A program made the position numbers and the translations under genes. Source: Phycisphaerae bacterium (GTDB lineage: Bacteria; Planctomycetota; Phycisphaerae; UBA1845; Fen-1342). Taken from it: a DNA stretch of 64,000 nucleotides. Below are positions 47,030 through 56,143 of this stretch, piece by piece (the first letter of the stretch is position 1; the number at the start of each line of letters is the position of its first letter). The notes under the pieces are model-generated. The model did no database searches and was not told where the DNA came from. It saw only the letters and a program-made list of their open reading frames with translations. The DNA lies in NCBI GenBank assembly GCA_050115495.1, contig JASFQK010000006.1, forward strand, positions 96,001 through 160,000, read 5' to 3'.

Positions 47030-48388
47030 ATGAGTGCTGCCCGCATGCAGAATTCAACCGCTTCCCCCGAGGCGTACCGCCGACCGCAACACGGCCCCGG
47101 CCTGCTGGTCCTGCTGCTCGCCGCCGCGTTCGCCGCGGCGACCTGCCTGGCCGACCCGCCCGCCGGCGACGATGAAGGTCGCTTCGTCGTCATCAAGGCC
47201 GGCCGCATCATCACCGTCAGCGGTGAGGAGATTCGGCAGGGAATGATCGTTCTCTCCGGCGGTCGCATCCGCAACGTCGGCCGCAACCTCGAATACCCCC
47301 TCAGCGCCAAGGTCATCGACGCCCGCAACCGCGTGGTCATGCCGGGTCTCATCAACCCCCAGTCACGCTTCGGCCTCGACTCGCACTACCGCGGCGGCGT
47401 GCACGGCGATCTGACCGCCGCCGCCGAGTTCTACCCGCGGCCGGACATGTTCCTCGACCTGCTCAAGACCGGCTACACGTCCGTGGCGCTGATCCCCGCC
47501 GGCTCGGGCATCCCCGGGCGGGCGATGGTCGTGCACACCGGCGGCTCCGACGAGCAGCGCACGGTGGCCTCGCCGTCGTACCTGTGGATCACCACCGGTA
47601 AGTCCGGCCTCCGCAGCGCGCTCAAGCACGCCCAGGATGAGATCGACAAGGTCGAGAAGGCCCGCGAGGAATTCGAGAAGAAGCGCGCCGAGGAGCAACA
47701 GAAGCAGGAACCGCCCAAAGACCAGGACAAGCCTGCCGCCGCCGACACGCCGCCGCCGACCACACAACCCACCACGCAGCCGGCCGAGCCGCCCAAGTTC
47801 GAGCCCCCGCCGATCGACCCGGCCTACCAGGTCCTCGTCGACCTCATCCAGAAGAAGCCCGGCGTCTCCGCCCTGATCGAGGTGGACAGCGCTTCCGACT
47901 ACGTGTACCTGAGCGAAGTCCTGGCCGAGTTCGAAATCGCCCACGACTTCCTGGCCCACAACGGCCGGATGTCCGACCTCGACTATGTCGTCGACAAGCT
48001 GGGCGAGAAGAAGGCTCGGCTCGTCCTCGAGCCGTTCATCGGCCGCGTGCCGTATTCGGCGGAGTGGGTGCACCTGGTACGCCAGTTCGCCGACGCCGGC
48101 TGCGAGGTGACGGTGATGCCCGTGAGGGACACACCGGAAGAGCACGGCCGCGTGCTGGGCCGCCTGGCCGACCTGGTACGGAACGGCTGGTCGCGGGAAG
48201 AGGCGATCAAGTCGGTCACGCTGCACCCGGCGCGTCTGCTCGGCCTCGACGATCGCCTCGGCACCATCGAAAAGGACAAGGAAGCCGACCTGCTCTTCCT
48301 CGACGCCGATCCGCTGAATCCGACGGCCCGCGTGCGGGCCGTGATGATTGCCGGCGAGATGGTCTACGATTCGGAGGAGACCGACTGA
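47030..48388 (+). CDS. Secreted amidohydrolase-fold protein G (metal ligands lost; coiled-coil/TTQP insert)
   Basis: MPGLINPQSRFG; VTLHPARLLGLDDRLGTIE..KEADL. Confidence 0.85.
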   Translation: MSAARMQNSTASPEAYRRPQHGPGLLVLLLAAAFAAATCLADPPAGDDEGRFVVIKAGRIITVSGEEIRQGMIVLSGGRIRNVGRNLEYPLSAKVIDARNRVVMPGLINPQSRFGLDSHYRGGVHGDLTAAAEFYPRPDMFLDLLKTGYTSVALIPAGSGIPGRAMVVHTGGSDEQRTVASPSYLWITTGKSGLRSALKHAQDEIDKVEKAREEFEKKRAEEQQKQEPPKDQDKPAAADTPPPTTQPTTQPAEPPKFEPPPIDPAYQVLVDLIQKKPGVSALIEVDSASDYVYLSEVLAEFEIAHDFLAHNGRMSDLDYVVDKLGEKKARLVLEPFIGRVPYSAEWVHLVRQFADAGCEVTVMPVRDTPEEHGRVLGRLADLVRNGWSREEAIKSVTLHPARLLGLDDRLGTIEKDKEADLLFLDADPLNPTARVRAVMIAGEMVYDSEETD

Positions 48389-49743
48389 TGCCCGCCGTTC
48401 GCGCCACCCTCGCCTTCGTCGTGATCTGCATCCTGCTGGCGCCTGCCGCCTGGGCCCAGGCCGAGTCGCAACCGGCCAGTCAGCCGGCGACCGCCCCCGC
48501 CTCGGCGCCCACAACGCAGAGCCAGCCGACCACCACGACGACCGCCGCCGCCGAGAACGAGAAGGACCGCTACCTCGCCGTCATCAACGGCCGGGTGCAC
48601 ACCGTCACCGGTCCCGTCCTCGAACAGGCCACCGTCCTCTGCAAGAACGGCACGATCCTCGCCATCGGCAACGACGTGCACCTCCCCACCGAGTGCACGA
48701 TCGTCGACGCCAAGGGCATGTTCGTGTACCCGGGCCTCGTCGCCGCCTGCGGCGGGATACTCAACGGCACTCCCGAAAGCAGCGTCAACATCTACTCCCT
48801 CGGCCTGACCATCGCCCTGGCCGGCGGCATCACCACGAGCCTCGTCGGCGACACTGCCGCCAAGCTCACCTTCGGCACCACCGAGGACATGGTCATCAAG
48901 GACGGTCTGTTCGTGAACCTGTCCTACTCCCGGCGGAACCCGTTGCAGCGGGCCGAGCTGCGGGCCGACCTCGAACGCGTGCGTGCCTACCTGCGCGACC
49001 AAGCCCGCTACGAGCGCGACAAGGAGCGCAACAAGGACGCCAAGCCGCCCGACAAGGAATGGCTCACGGGCGAGTACGAGAGCTACAAGCAACTGCTCGA
49101 GGGGCACGCCGTAGCCTCCGCTTGGGCCGAGACCACACAGGATCTGCGTGACCTGGCCGACCTGGCCTCCTCCTTCGGCTTCGCCCTCGTCGTCCGCGGC
49201 GCCTACGAAGGCTGGACCGTCGCCGGCGATCTCGGCCGGGCCGGCGTCCGCGCCATCATCACCCCCCGCACCGACATCGATCCCGACGAGGACCTCAACC
49301 GCCCCACCGGCTCGACCATCGAAAACGCCCGCATCCTCCACGACCACGGCGTGCCCGTGGCCGTCGTACCCGGGACGCAAGGCATCACCACCTGGGGCCT
49401 CGCCGGCCGCGACCTGCTCCACCTGAATATGGAAGCCGCCTTCGCCGTCCGCGGCGGGCTGACCAATGACGAGGCTCTGCGCACCATCACGATCGACGCC
49501 GCCCGCATCCTCGGCATCGACGACCGCGTCGGCTCGCTCGAAGTCGGCAAAGACGCCGACCTCGTCGTCTGCGACGGCGATCTGCTCCACTACATGACGC
49601 AGGTGCACTACACGATCGTCAACGGCCGCGTCGCCTACACGAAGTCGGCCGAGTCGCTCTTCGCCCACATCCGCCCCGAAGGCAAACGGGAAATGACCAG
49701 GTTCGACGACCAGTGGCCGCGCCGGCTCGAATGGCCGGAATGA
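48388..49743 (+). CDS. Secreted amidohydrolase-fold protein H (metal ligands lost)
   Basis: TGATG coupling, GGAGGA RBS, signal peptide; YPGLVAACGG; TIDAARILGIDDRVGSLEVGKDADLVV. Confidence 0.85.
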   Translation: MPAVRATLAFVVICILLAPAAWAQAESQPASQPATAPASAPTTQSQPTTTTTAAAENEKDRYLAVINGRVHTVTGPVLEQATVLCKNGTILAIGNDVHLPTECTIVDAKGMFVYPGLVAACGGILNGTPESSVNIYSLGLTIALAGGITTSLVGDTAAKLTFGTTEDMVIKDGLFVNLSYSRRNPLQRAELRADLERVRAYLRDQARYERDKERNKDAKPPDKEWLTGEYESYKQLLEGHAVASAWAETTQDLRDLADLASSFGFALVVRGAYEGWTVAGDLGRAGVRAIITPRTDIDPDEDLNRPTGSTIENARILHDHGVPVAVVPGTQGITTWGLAGRDLLHLNMEAAFAVRGGLTNDEALRTITIDAARILGIDDRVGSLEVGKDADLVVCDGDLLHYMTQVHYTIVNGRVAYTKSAESLFAHIRPEGKREMTRFDDQWPRRLEWPE

Positions 49744-49785
49744 GTCACGCCCGACCGCGGCGCAGCAACCCGAAGGAGTTCAGCC

Positions 49786-50571
49786 ATGGATGCGCAGCAA
49801 CTCCGCGATGCGCTCGATTTCGCGGTCGAGGCCGCTCAACTGGCGGGAACGCTTACGCTCGGCTACTTCCGCACCGGTACGCCACACGAGCTGAAGGCCG
49901 ATAACTCCCCCGTCACCATCGCCGACCGCGGCTCCGAAGAGCTCCTGCGCAAACGCATCGAGTCCACATTCCCGGACCACGGCATCCTCGGCGAAGAATT
50001 CGGCGAGAAACCCGCCCGCAGCCCCGCCCGCTGGATCCTCGACCCCATCGACGGCACGTTCTCCTTCATCTCCGGCGTGCCGCTGTACAGCGTCCTCGTC
50101 GGACTCGAATGGGCCGGCGAGATGGTCGTGGGCGTGATCCACCTGCCGGCACTCGGCGAAACCGTTTACGCCGCCAAGGGCCTCGGCTGCTGGTGCAACG
50201 GTCGGCGAGCGCACGTATCCAGTACCACCGACATGTCGCAGGCACGCCTGTCCGTCACCGGCGTGAAGATCTTCGAGCAGCAACGTCGGCTATGGGCCTG
50301 GGAGCGGTTGCGGAAGGCGTGCCAGACCGACCGCTGCTGGGCGGATGCGTACGGCTACGCCTGCCTCGCGACCGGACGCGTCGACGTCGTCGCCGACTCC
50401 ATCATGAATATCTGGGACAACGCCGCACTGCTGCCCGTCGTGACCGAAGCCGGCGGCAAGTTCACGGACTGGACCGGCGAGCGGACGCACAAGAGCCCGG
50501 ACGCCCTGGCGACCAACGGCCACCTACACGCCCAGGCGCTCGCCCTGGTCCGAGAACCCCCACGCGACTGA
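49786..50571 (+). CDS. hisN: Histidinol-phosphate phosphatase (inositol monophosphatase family)
   Basis: K.DNSPVT.ADR, GEEFG, WILDPIDGT, DAYGY, WD.AAL...V.EAGG; AAGGAG RBS. Confidence 0.8.
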   Translation: MDAQQLRDALDFAVEAAQLAGTLTLGYFRTGTPHELKADNSPVTIADRGSEELLRKRIESTFPDHGILGEEFGEKPARSPARWILDPIDGTFSFISGVPLYSVLVGLEWAGEMVVGVIHLPALGETVYAAKGLGCWCNGRRAHVSSTTDMSQARLSVTGVKIFEQQRRLWAWERLRKACQTDRCWADAYGYACLATGRVDVVADSIMNIWDNAALLPVVTEAGGKFTDWTGERTHKSPDALATNGHLHAQALALVREPPRD

Positions 50572-50599
50572 CCAACCGAAAACAAATCCGATTTGACCC

Positions 50600-50627
50600 T
50601 TGTCTTGATATATAGTCGATCTATAGT
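50600..50627 (+). promoter_or_regulatory. Promoter with palindromic candidate PadR operator
   Basis: TTGTCT-N16-TATAGT overlapped by the inverted repeat TATAG-tcgat-CTATA (50611-50625), directly upstream of padR. Confidence 0.55.
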
Positions 50628-50663
50628 TAGTTCAGCAATGCATTGGGATGTGGAGGGTTTGCG

Positions 50664-51041
50664 GTGGCATTTGCTCGTGACCTGTTGCGGGGCAGCCTGG
50701 AGCTGATGGTGCTCTCAGAGCTAAGCTCTTGCGAGAAATACGGTTACCAGATTCTGTCCTCGTTGCGGCAGCGCAGCGACGGCCGGGTCGACCTCAAAGC
50801 CGGCACGCTGTACCCGATTCTGCACAAACTCGAACGCTCGGGTGCCGTAGAAAGCCGGTGGGATGGCAGCACGGCACGAGAGCGGAAATGGTACGCCCTG
50901 ACGGACAAGGGTCGCAGCCGTCTGACCCAGGACGCTCACGAGTGGGCGGATTACGCCGCCTGCGTCCGGGCGATTCTGCGGCCGATCCTGGGCGATGACG
51001 GAGCGGGGGCACAACCGGCGCTGGGTGGCGGAGGCGTGTGA
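50664..51041 (+). CDS. PadR family transcriptional regulator
   Basis: GGAGGG RBS then GTG; LLRGSLELMVL, YGYQI, GTLYP.L.KLE, RKWY.LT.KG. Confidence 0.93.
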   Translation: MAFARDLLRGSLELMVLSELSSCEKYGYQILSSLRQRSDGRVDLKAGTLYPILHKLERSGAVESRWDGSTARERKWYALTDKGRSRLTQDAHEWADYAACVRAILRPILGDDGAGAQPALGGGGV

Positions 51042-52147
51042 TGTCCGAGGTGGACTTCGAGGCCTACCTGGGTCTGCTCTCCCGGTTCCTGCGGCTGAGT
51101 GCGCGCCAGCGGGATGAGATTCGCCGGGAGCTGCGGGCTCACCTCGAAGAAGCCATTGAGGACGAGATGGCCGCGGGAACGCCGCGCGACGAGGCAGTTC
51201 TCCGCGTGCTGGATGATTTCGGGGATGCGGCCGAGTTGGCCGCCCGGTTCAGTTCTGTCGGCCGAAAGCGAAGGTGGATCATGAGAGGAACGATGGCGGC
51301 GGCAGTCATCGGGCTCGTGGCGTTCATGGTTGTGGGCTTCTCGCCGAAGGGCACGGCGCCGGCGGTGGCCGACGACGCGCAGACACCCGCCGTGGCAACA
51401 ACGGTCCAGGAGCACGATCCCGACGCGCCGATCCTGGCGGCGCTCGCCCGGAACGTGCCCGAGGTGATGCTGGAGCAGGTGCCGCTTGACGTGGCGGTGG
51501 AGTGGTTCCAGGAGCTCATGGGTGTCAACATCGTCGTGTATTGGGCGGATCTGGAAAACGTGGGCGTGCCGCGCGATGCGCCGGTCTCGGTGAACCTGCG
51601 GAACGTGACGGTCGAACGTACCCTGCGTCTGGTGCTCGACATGGCCAGCGAGATGAGCGACCTCGGCTACGACATCGACGATGGCATCCTGGTGATCGCG
51701 TCGCGGCACCGGCTGCCGGATCGACAGGTGACCGAGGTGTACGAAGTACGCGACCTGCTGGCGGCGACGGCGCGTTACGCCCGGTTGGAGGACGACGCCC
51801 AGGGGACCCAGTTATTGGCGGACACGATCGCCGGACACCTGCGGCGGGGCATCCCGACCCGTGAGGACATGCCCGCCGAGCTCGTCATGCAGGCGGAAGT
51901 TCATTCGGCCGTGACCAGGGCGCTCGAGACGTATCGCCGCGAAGTAAGCCCCGCGGCGGCGGAGACGCTGCTGGTGGACCTCATCGAACAGACCATCGAC
52001 CCGGACGCGTGGCTCTGCAACGGTGGCATGGGCACGGCGAGAATCCTCAATGGCGTGCTGGTCGTGCGCCAGACGCCGAAGATTCACGAGGAAGTCGAGC
52101 AACTGCTGGACGATCTCCGCGAGGCCGGGGCAGCCGAAACGCAGTAG
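51038..52147 (+). CDS. HAAS/permease-prefix-like domain + TM + STN/secretin-N-like periplasmic domains
   Basis: DEIRRELRAHLEE...FGDAAELA; one TM helix; PVSVNLRNVT...L, VYEVRDLL, LVVRQT..IHEEV..LL..LR; GTGA overlap with padR. Confidence 0.75.
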   Translation: MMSEVDFEAYLGLLSRFLRLSARQRDEIRRELRAHLEEAIEDEMAAGTPRDEAVLRVLDDFGDAAELAARFSSVGRKRRWIMRGTMAAAVIGLVAFMVVGFSPKGTAPAVADDAQTPAVATTVQEHDPDAPILAALARNVPEVMLEQVPLDVAVEWFQELMGVNIVVYWADLENVGVPRDAPVSVNLRNVTVERTLRLVLDMASEMSDLGYDIDDGILVIASRHRLPDRQVTEVYEVRDLLAATARYARLEDDAQGTQLLADTIAGHLRRGIPTREDMPAELVMQAEVHSAVTRALETYRREVSPAAAETLLVDLIEQTIDPDAWLCNGGMGTARILNGVLVVRQTPKIHEEVEQLLDDLREAGAAETQ

Positions 52148-52175
52148 AACCCGGTGAACCCCACGGCGGCCAGGG

Positions 52176-52223
52176 TCTGCCCCTTTGCTCCTTTGCTCCT
52201 CTGCTCCTCTGCCCCTCCGCCCC
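52176..52223 (+). repeat. Intergenic 8-bp tandem repeat (TYYGCYCC) x6
   Basis: tctgcccc tttgctcc tttgctcc tctgctcc tctgcccc tccgcccc. Confidence 0.85.
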
Positions 52224-52408
52224 GCGCCCACGCACATCCGGACCGCGTATCGGATGAACTGGGGCGAAAAGCCGCCGGCTCGCCGCGAAGGTTCGGCCGG
52301 CGGTCGGGTATCGCCGGTTGTGGCTGGCGTCAAGCGGGGGTATGATTCCTCCCTCAGCCGGCGAGCACCATTTGCAACGCCGTGGGCGCTATCCACAAGG
52401 AGCGATCG

Positions 52409-53575
52409 TTGGAGAAGTCGAGCAAAGCCAGGCCGCATTTGTTTACGTCCGAATCCGTCAGCATGGGGCACCCGGACAAGGTGGCCGACCAGGTATCGGA
52501 TGCCATCCTTGATGCCATGCTGGAACAGGACCCACATTCCCGTGTCGCCTGCGAGACGATGGTCTCGACCGGCATGGTGGTCGTCGCGGGTGAAGTCACG
52601 ACCAAAGCCTACGTCGAGATCCCCGACATTGTCCGCGAGACGATCAAGGAGATCGGCTACACCTCGGGCGACATGGCCTTCGACTTCGAATCCTGCGCGG
52701 TGCTCACCTCGATCAAGCGTCAATCGCCCGATATCGCTCTGGGCGTGAACCGCGAAGGTGCCGGCGACCAGGGCATGATGTTCGGCTTCGCCTGCCGCGA
52801 GACGCCCGAGCTGATGCCGTTGCCGATCCACCTTGCCCACCGGCTGATGGAGCAGCACGTGCACGCCCGACGCGAGGGTACGGTCAACGGTCTGCGGCCG
52901 GACGCCAAGTCGCAGGTCACCGTCGAGTACGAGGGGCCGCGGCCGGTGCGCGTCGACACGGTGGTGCTCTCGACGCAGCACGACAAGTCCTGGAACGAAC
53001 GGCAGCCTGAGCTCAAGCAGGCGATCATCCGCCACATCGTCCAGCCCGTGCTCGGCGAGTGGTGGCGCGACGACATCACCGTCCACGTCAACCCGACGGG
53101 CCGCTTCGAGATCGGCGGTCCGCACGGCGATTGCGGTCTGACCGGGCGGAAGATCATCGTCGACACCTACGGCGGACGCGGTCGGCATGGCGGCGGAGCC
53201 TTCTCCGGCAAGGACCCGACGAAGGTAGACCGCTCGGCAGCCTACATGGCCCGGCACATCGCTAAGAACATCGTCGCCGCCGACTTGGCCGATATCTGCG
53301 AGGTGCAGCTCTCCTACGCCATCGGCGTGGCGGAGCCGACGAGCGTGCTGGTGAGCACCGAGGGCACGGCCCGCATCAGCGAAGAGCTCATCAGCCAACT
53401 GGTTCTCGAGCATTTCCCGCTGACGCCGCGCGGCATTATCGATTACCTGGACCTGCGCCGGCCGATATACAGGGAAACGGCGCGTCACGGGCACTTCGGC
53501 CGGGCGTTGCCGACCTTCACCTGGGAAAAGACGAACAAGGCCGAAGTCCTGAAGAAGGCAGCCGCCAAGGCTTAG
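52409..53575 (+). CDS. metK: S-adenosylmethionine synthetase
   Basis: [54 protein letters not shown]; probable TTG start after AAGGAG. Confidence 0.98.
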   Translation: MEKSSKARPHLFTSESVSMGHPDKVADQVSDAILDAMLEQDPHSRVACETMVSTGMVVVAGEVTTKAYVEIPDIVRETIKEIGYTSGDMAFDFESCAVLTSIKRQSPDIALGVNREGAGDQGMMFGFACRETPELMPLPIHLAHRLMEQHVHARREGTVNGLRPDAKSQVTVEYEGPRPVRVDTVVLSTQHDKSWNERQPELKQAIIRHIVQPVLGEWWRDDITVHVNPTGRFEIGGPHGDCGLTGRKIIVDTYGGRGRHGGGAFSGKDPTKVDRSAAYMARHIAKNIVAADLADICEVQLSYAIGVAEPTSVLVSTEGTARISEELISQLVLEHFPLTPRGIIDYLDLRRPIYRETARHGHFGRALPTFTWEKTNKAEVLKKAAAKA

Positions 53576-53626
53576 AGCGGCGCCATTCCCCGCGCCCGAC
53601 ATGAGCGCGGGGGTAGAGAGAGCGGT

Positions 53627-54749
53627 ATGGTTGAATTACAACACGAAGATCCGGCTTCCACATTGCAGGAGCTGACGGCCCGGATCTACGCGATCCGGGA
53701 CTCTCTTTGACCTGCCGGAGAAAGCCTCCCAACTCAGCAAGCTGGCCACCGCCATGGAGAAGCCGGGCTTCTGGGACAACCAGGAAGAAGCCCAGCGGAC
53801 CGTGCAGTCGATGAAGGGCCTGCGCGCCCAGGTCGAGCCCGTGCAGGACCTGCTGGCGCGGATCGAGGATGCGGCGGTCCTGGTCGAGCTCGCCGCCGAG
53901 CAGGACGACGAGTCCGCTCGCAACGAGGTACGCTGCGAACTCCAGGACATCCAGACACGGACGGACCAGGTCGAGCTGCTCACGCTGCTGTCCGGCCCGA
54001 ACGACCAGCGCCCGTGCTTCCTCAGCATCCAGGCCGGCGCCGGCGGCGTCGACGCCAGCGACTTCGCCGAGATGCTCCTGCGCATGTACCTCATGTACTT
54101 CGAGCGCAGCGGCTACGACGTCTCCGAAGTCGATCGGCGGCCGGGCGAAGAGGCCGGGATCCAGTCGGCCACGCTGCTCGTCGAGGGACCGTACGCCTAC
54201 GGCCACCTGTCCTGCGAAGCCGGCGTGCACCGCCTCGTCCGCTTCAGCCCCTACAACGCCCAGGGCAAGCGCCAGACCTCCTTTGCCGGCGTCGACGTCA
54301 TCCCCGAATTCGAAGAGGCCCAGATCGAGATCGCCGAGTGCGACCTCGAAATCGAGTACTACCGCCGGGCCTCGGGCGCCGGTGGGCAGAACGTCAACAA
54401 AGTCGCCACCGCGGTGCGCATGCGGCACAAGCCCAGCGGCATCCTGGTCGAGTGTGTCAACGAGCGCAGCCAGCAGCAGAACAAGCGCATGGCCCTGCTC
54501 ATCCTGAAGTCGAAGCTGGAGCAGCTCGAACAGGCCAAGCGCGACGCCGAACTGGCCAAGCTCTACAGCGAGAAGGGTGATATCGCCTGGGGCAACCAGA
54601 TCCGCAGCTACGTCCTGCACGGCTCGACGATCCACGTGAAGGACCATCGCACCGGGCTGGCCGTCGGCGACGTGCAGCGCGTCCTCAACGGCGATCTGCA
54701 ACCGTTCATCGACGCCCGCCTGCGGCAGAAGCTCCAGCGCGGCAAGTAG
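53627..54749 (+). CDS. prfB: Peptide chain release factor 2, translated via a programmed +1 frameshift
   Basis: ATG 53627 reads 27 codons to CTT-TGA-C (53705-53711); the +1 frame joins the 53754 ORF; GVHRLVR.SPY, GGQ, WGNQIRSYV. Confidence 0.95.
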
Positions 54750-54761
54750 CCCTCGCCGCCC

Positions 54762-55211
54762 TCAGAACCCCCGCCGCGAATCCAGCAGAACGCAGATCGG
54801 CCCGTCGTTCACCGCGTCGACCAGCATGTACGCCGCGAAGCGCCCGGTGGCCACGGTCAGGCCGGCGGTTCGCAGCGCGTCGACGAGCTGCGTGATGAGC
54901 GGCTCGGCGGCGGCGCCGGAAGCGGAATGGTCGAAGGACGGTCGGCGACCGCGCCGGGCGTCGGCGCAGACGGTGAAGGCGCTGACCAGGAGCACCGCCC
55001 CGCCGGCCTCCTGCACGTCGCGGTTCATCTTGCCTTCGGCGTCGGGGAAGATGCGCAAGTGGTGGACCTTGTCGGCGATGTAGCGGACGTCATCGTCGCC
55101 ATCGTCGGGAGCGGCCGCCGCGTAGACCAGCAGGCCCGGCCCAATCTCGCCGACGGTTTCGCCATCGACAGTGACGCGGGCCTCGCGAACGCGCTGCACG
55201 ACGACTCTCAC
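54762..55211 (-). CDS. dtd: D-aminoacyl-tRNA deacylase
   Basis: GTG 55211 (GTGA overlap); VVQRV..A.V.V.G, LRIF.D..GKMN, S(A)FT, G.RPSF, NDGP. Confidence 0.93.
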   Translation of the reverse strand: MRVVVQRVREARVTVDGETVGEIGPGLLVYAAAAPDDGDDDVRYIADKVHHLRIFPDAEGKMNRDVQEAGGAVLLVSAFTVCADARRGRRPSFDHSASGAAAEPLITQLVDALRTAGLTVATGRFAAYMLVDAVNDGPICVLLDSRRGF

Positions 55212-56074
55212 GGGAGGTCCCTCCACTCGGGGCCGTAGAGGTACGAGAACAGCTTCTCCGCCACCGCGGTGCGGCCTGGCTCGTGCTGAAGCCACTCGAT
55301 CACGGCGGGCACGCCGCGAGCGTCGCCCGCGACGGCGAGCAGCCGGCCGGCGGCCCAACGAACCTCTGGCACCGGATCGGCCAGCAGCGCTATTAGCGAT
55401 TCGGTCAGCGGCTCGCCCAGCGGCACGGCGGGCGGCAGGCCCGGCATGATGATGCCCAACCCCGCCGGCGCCGGCATGACCCCGTCCAGGAACAGCTGCC
55501 GGGGGCTGAGAGTGCGAACCGCATCGGCTTCGAGCGGTAACAAATCGCGCGCAAGCATGGTATGCATGCTGTAAGGGTCCATCGTCGCAACGAGGATCCA
55601 GCGCAGATCCTCGACAGCCGGGACTTGCGCATCGTGTTTCCAGCCGTTGAGTGCGGCGCGGCGCATACCACACTCACACAGCACACGCCGATGCGCGAGC
55701 TTGTCGTCGGCCGATGCAGACTGAAGCCAGCCGTCAACCAGGGCGAGCAGGTTGGGACTGTCGGCGCCGCGCAGGACCAGCAGGTCGCTCAGGATCTGAA
55801 GCGTGCGATCGACCACAACGAAGTCGCCGCTGCTGAGTAGATCTTTCAGGATCGGGGCGCGGCTGCCGGGAACCTCGAACTCGGTTAGGTGCACGAGCCG
55901 GCCGATCTGCGTCCAGTCGGAGGGGCCAAGCTTGTCGCGGTGCAACTGCCACCACAGTTCCCCCCGCACACCGTCAACGCCGGGCAGACGCGTCCAGCCC
56001 ACGCTGGCGGCGACCAGCAACGCCAGAACGCAAGCCCAGGAGACAATACGGCGTAGACGGCGAGACATGGTCAC
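55208..56074 (-). CDS. Membrane-anchored HEAT-repeat hypothetical protein
   Basis: N-terminal TM helix; LIALLADPVPEVRWAA..LLA HEAT motif. Confidence 0.65.
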   Translation of the reverse strand: MTMSRRLRRIVSWACVLALLVAASVGWTRLPGVDGVRGELWWQLHRDKLGPSDWTQIGRLVHLTEFEVPGSRAPILKDLLSSGDFVVVDRTLQILSDLLVLRGADSPNLLALVDGWLQSASADDKLAHRRVLCECGMRRAALNGWKHDAQVPAVEDLRWILVATMDPYSMHTMLARDLLPLEADAVRTLSPRQLFLDGVMPAPAGLGIIMPGLPPAVPLGEPLTESLIALLADPVPEVRWAAGRLLAVAGDARGVPAVIEWLQHEPGRTAVAEKLFSYLYGPEWRDLP

Positions 56075-56143
56075 ATTGTACGCCGACCGCCAGCGGGCGT
56101 CCCGGGCCGGGCGGTATCGTCACTGGCGCGGGTTATCGGTATC

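Noticed and set aside
37372..49743. Amidohydrolase array as decaying pseudogenes or a recent tandem amplification
   Set aside because: All frames are intact, signal peptides and coupling are kept, and the paralogs are highly divergent from each other.
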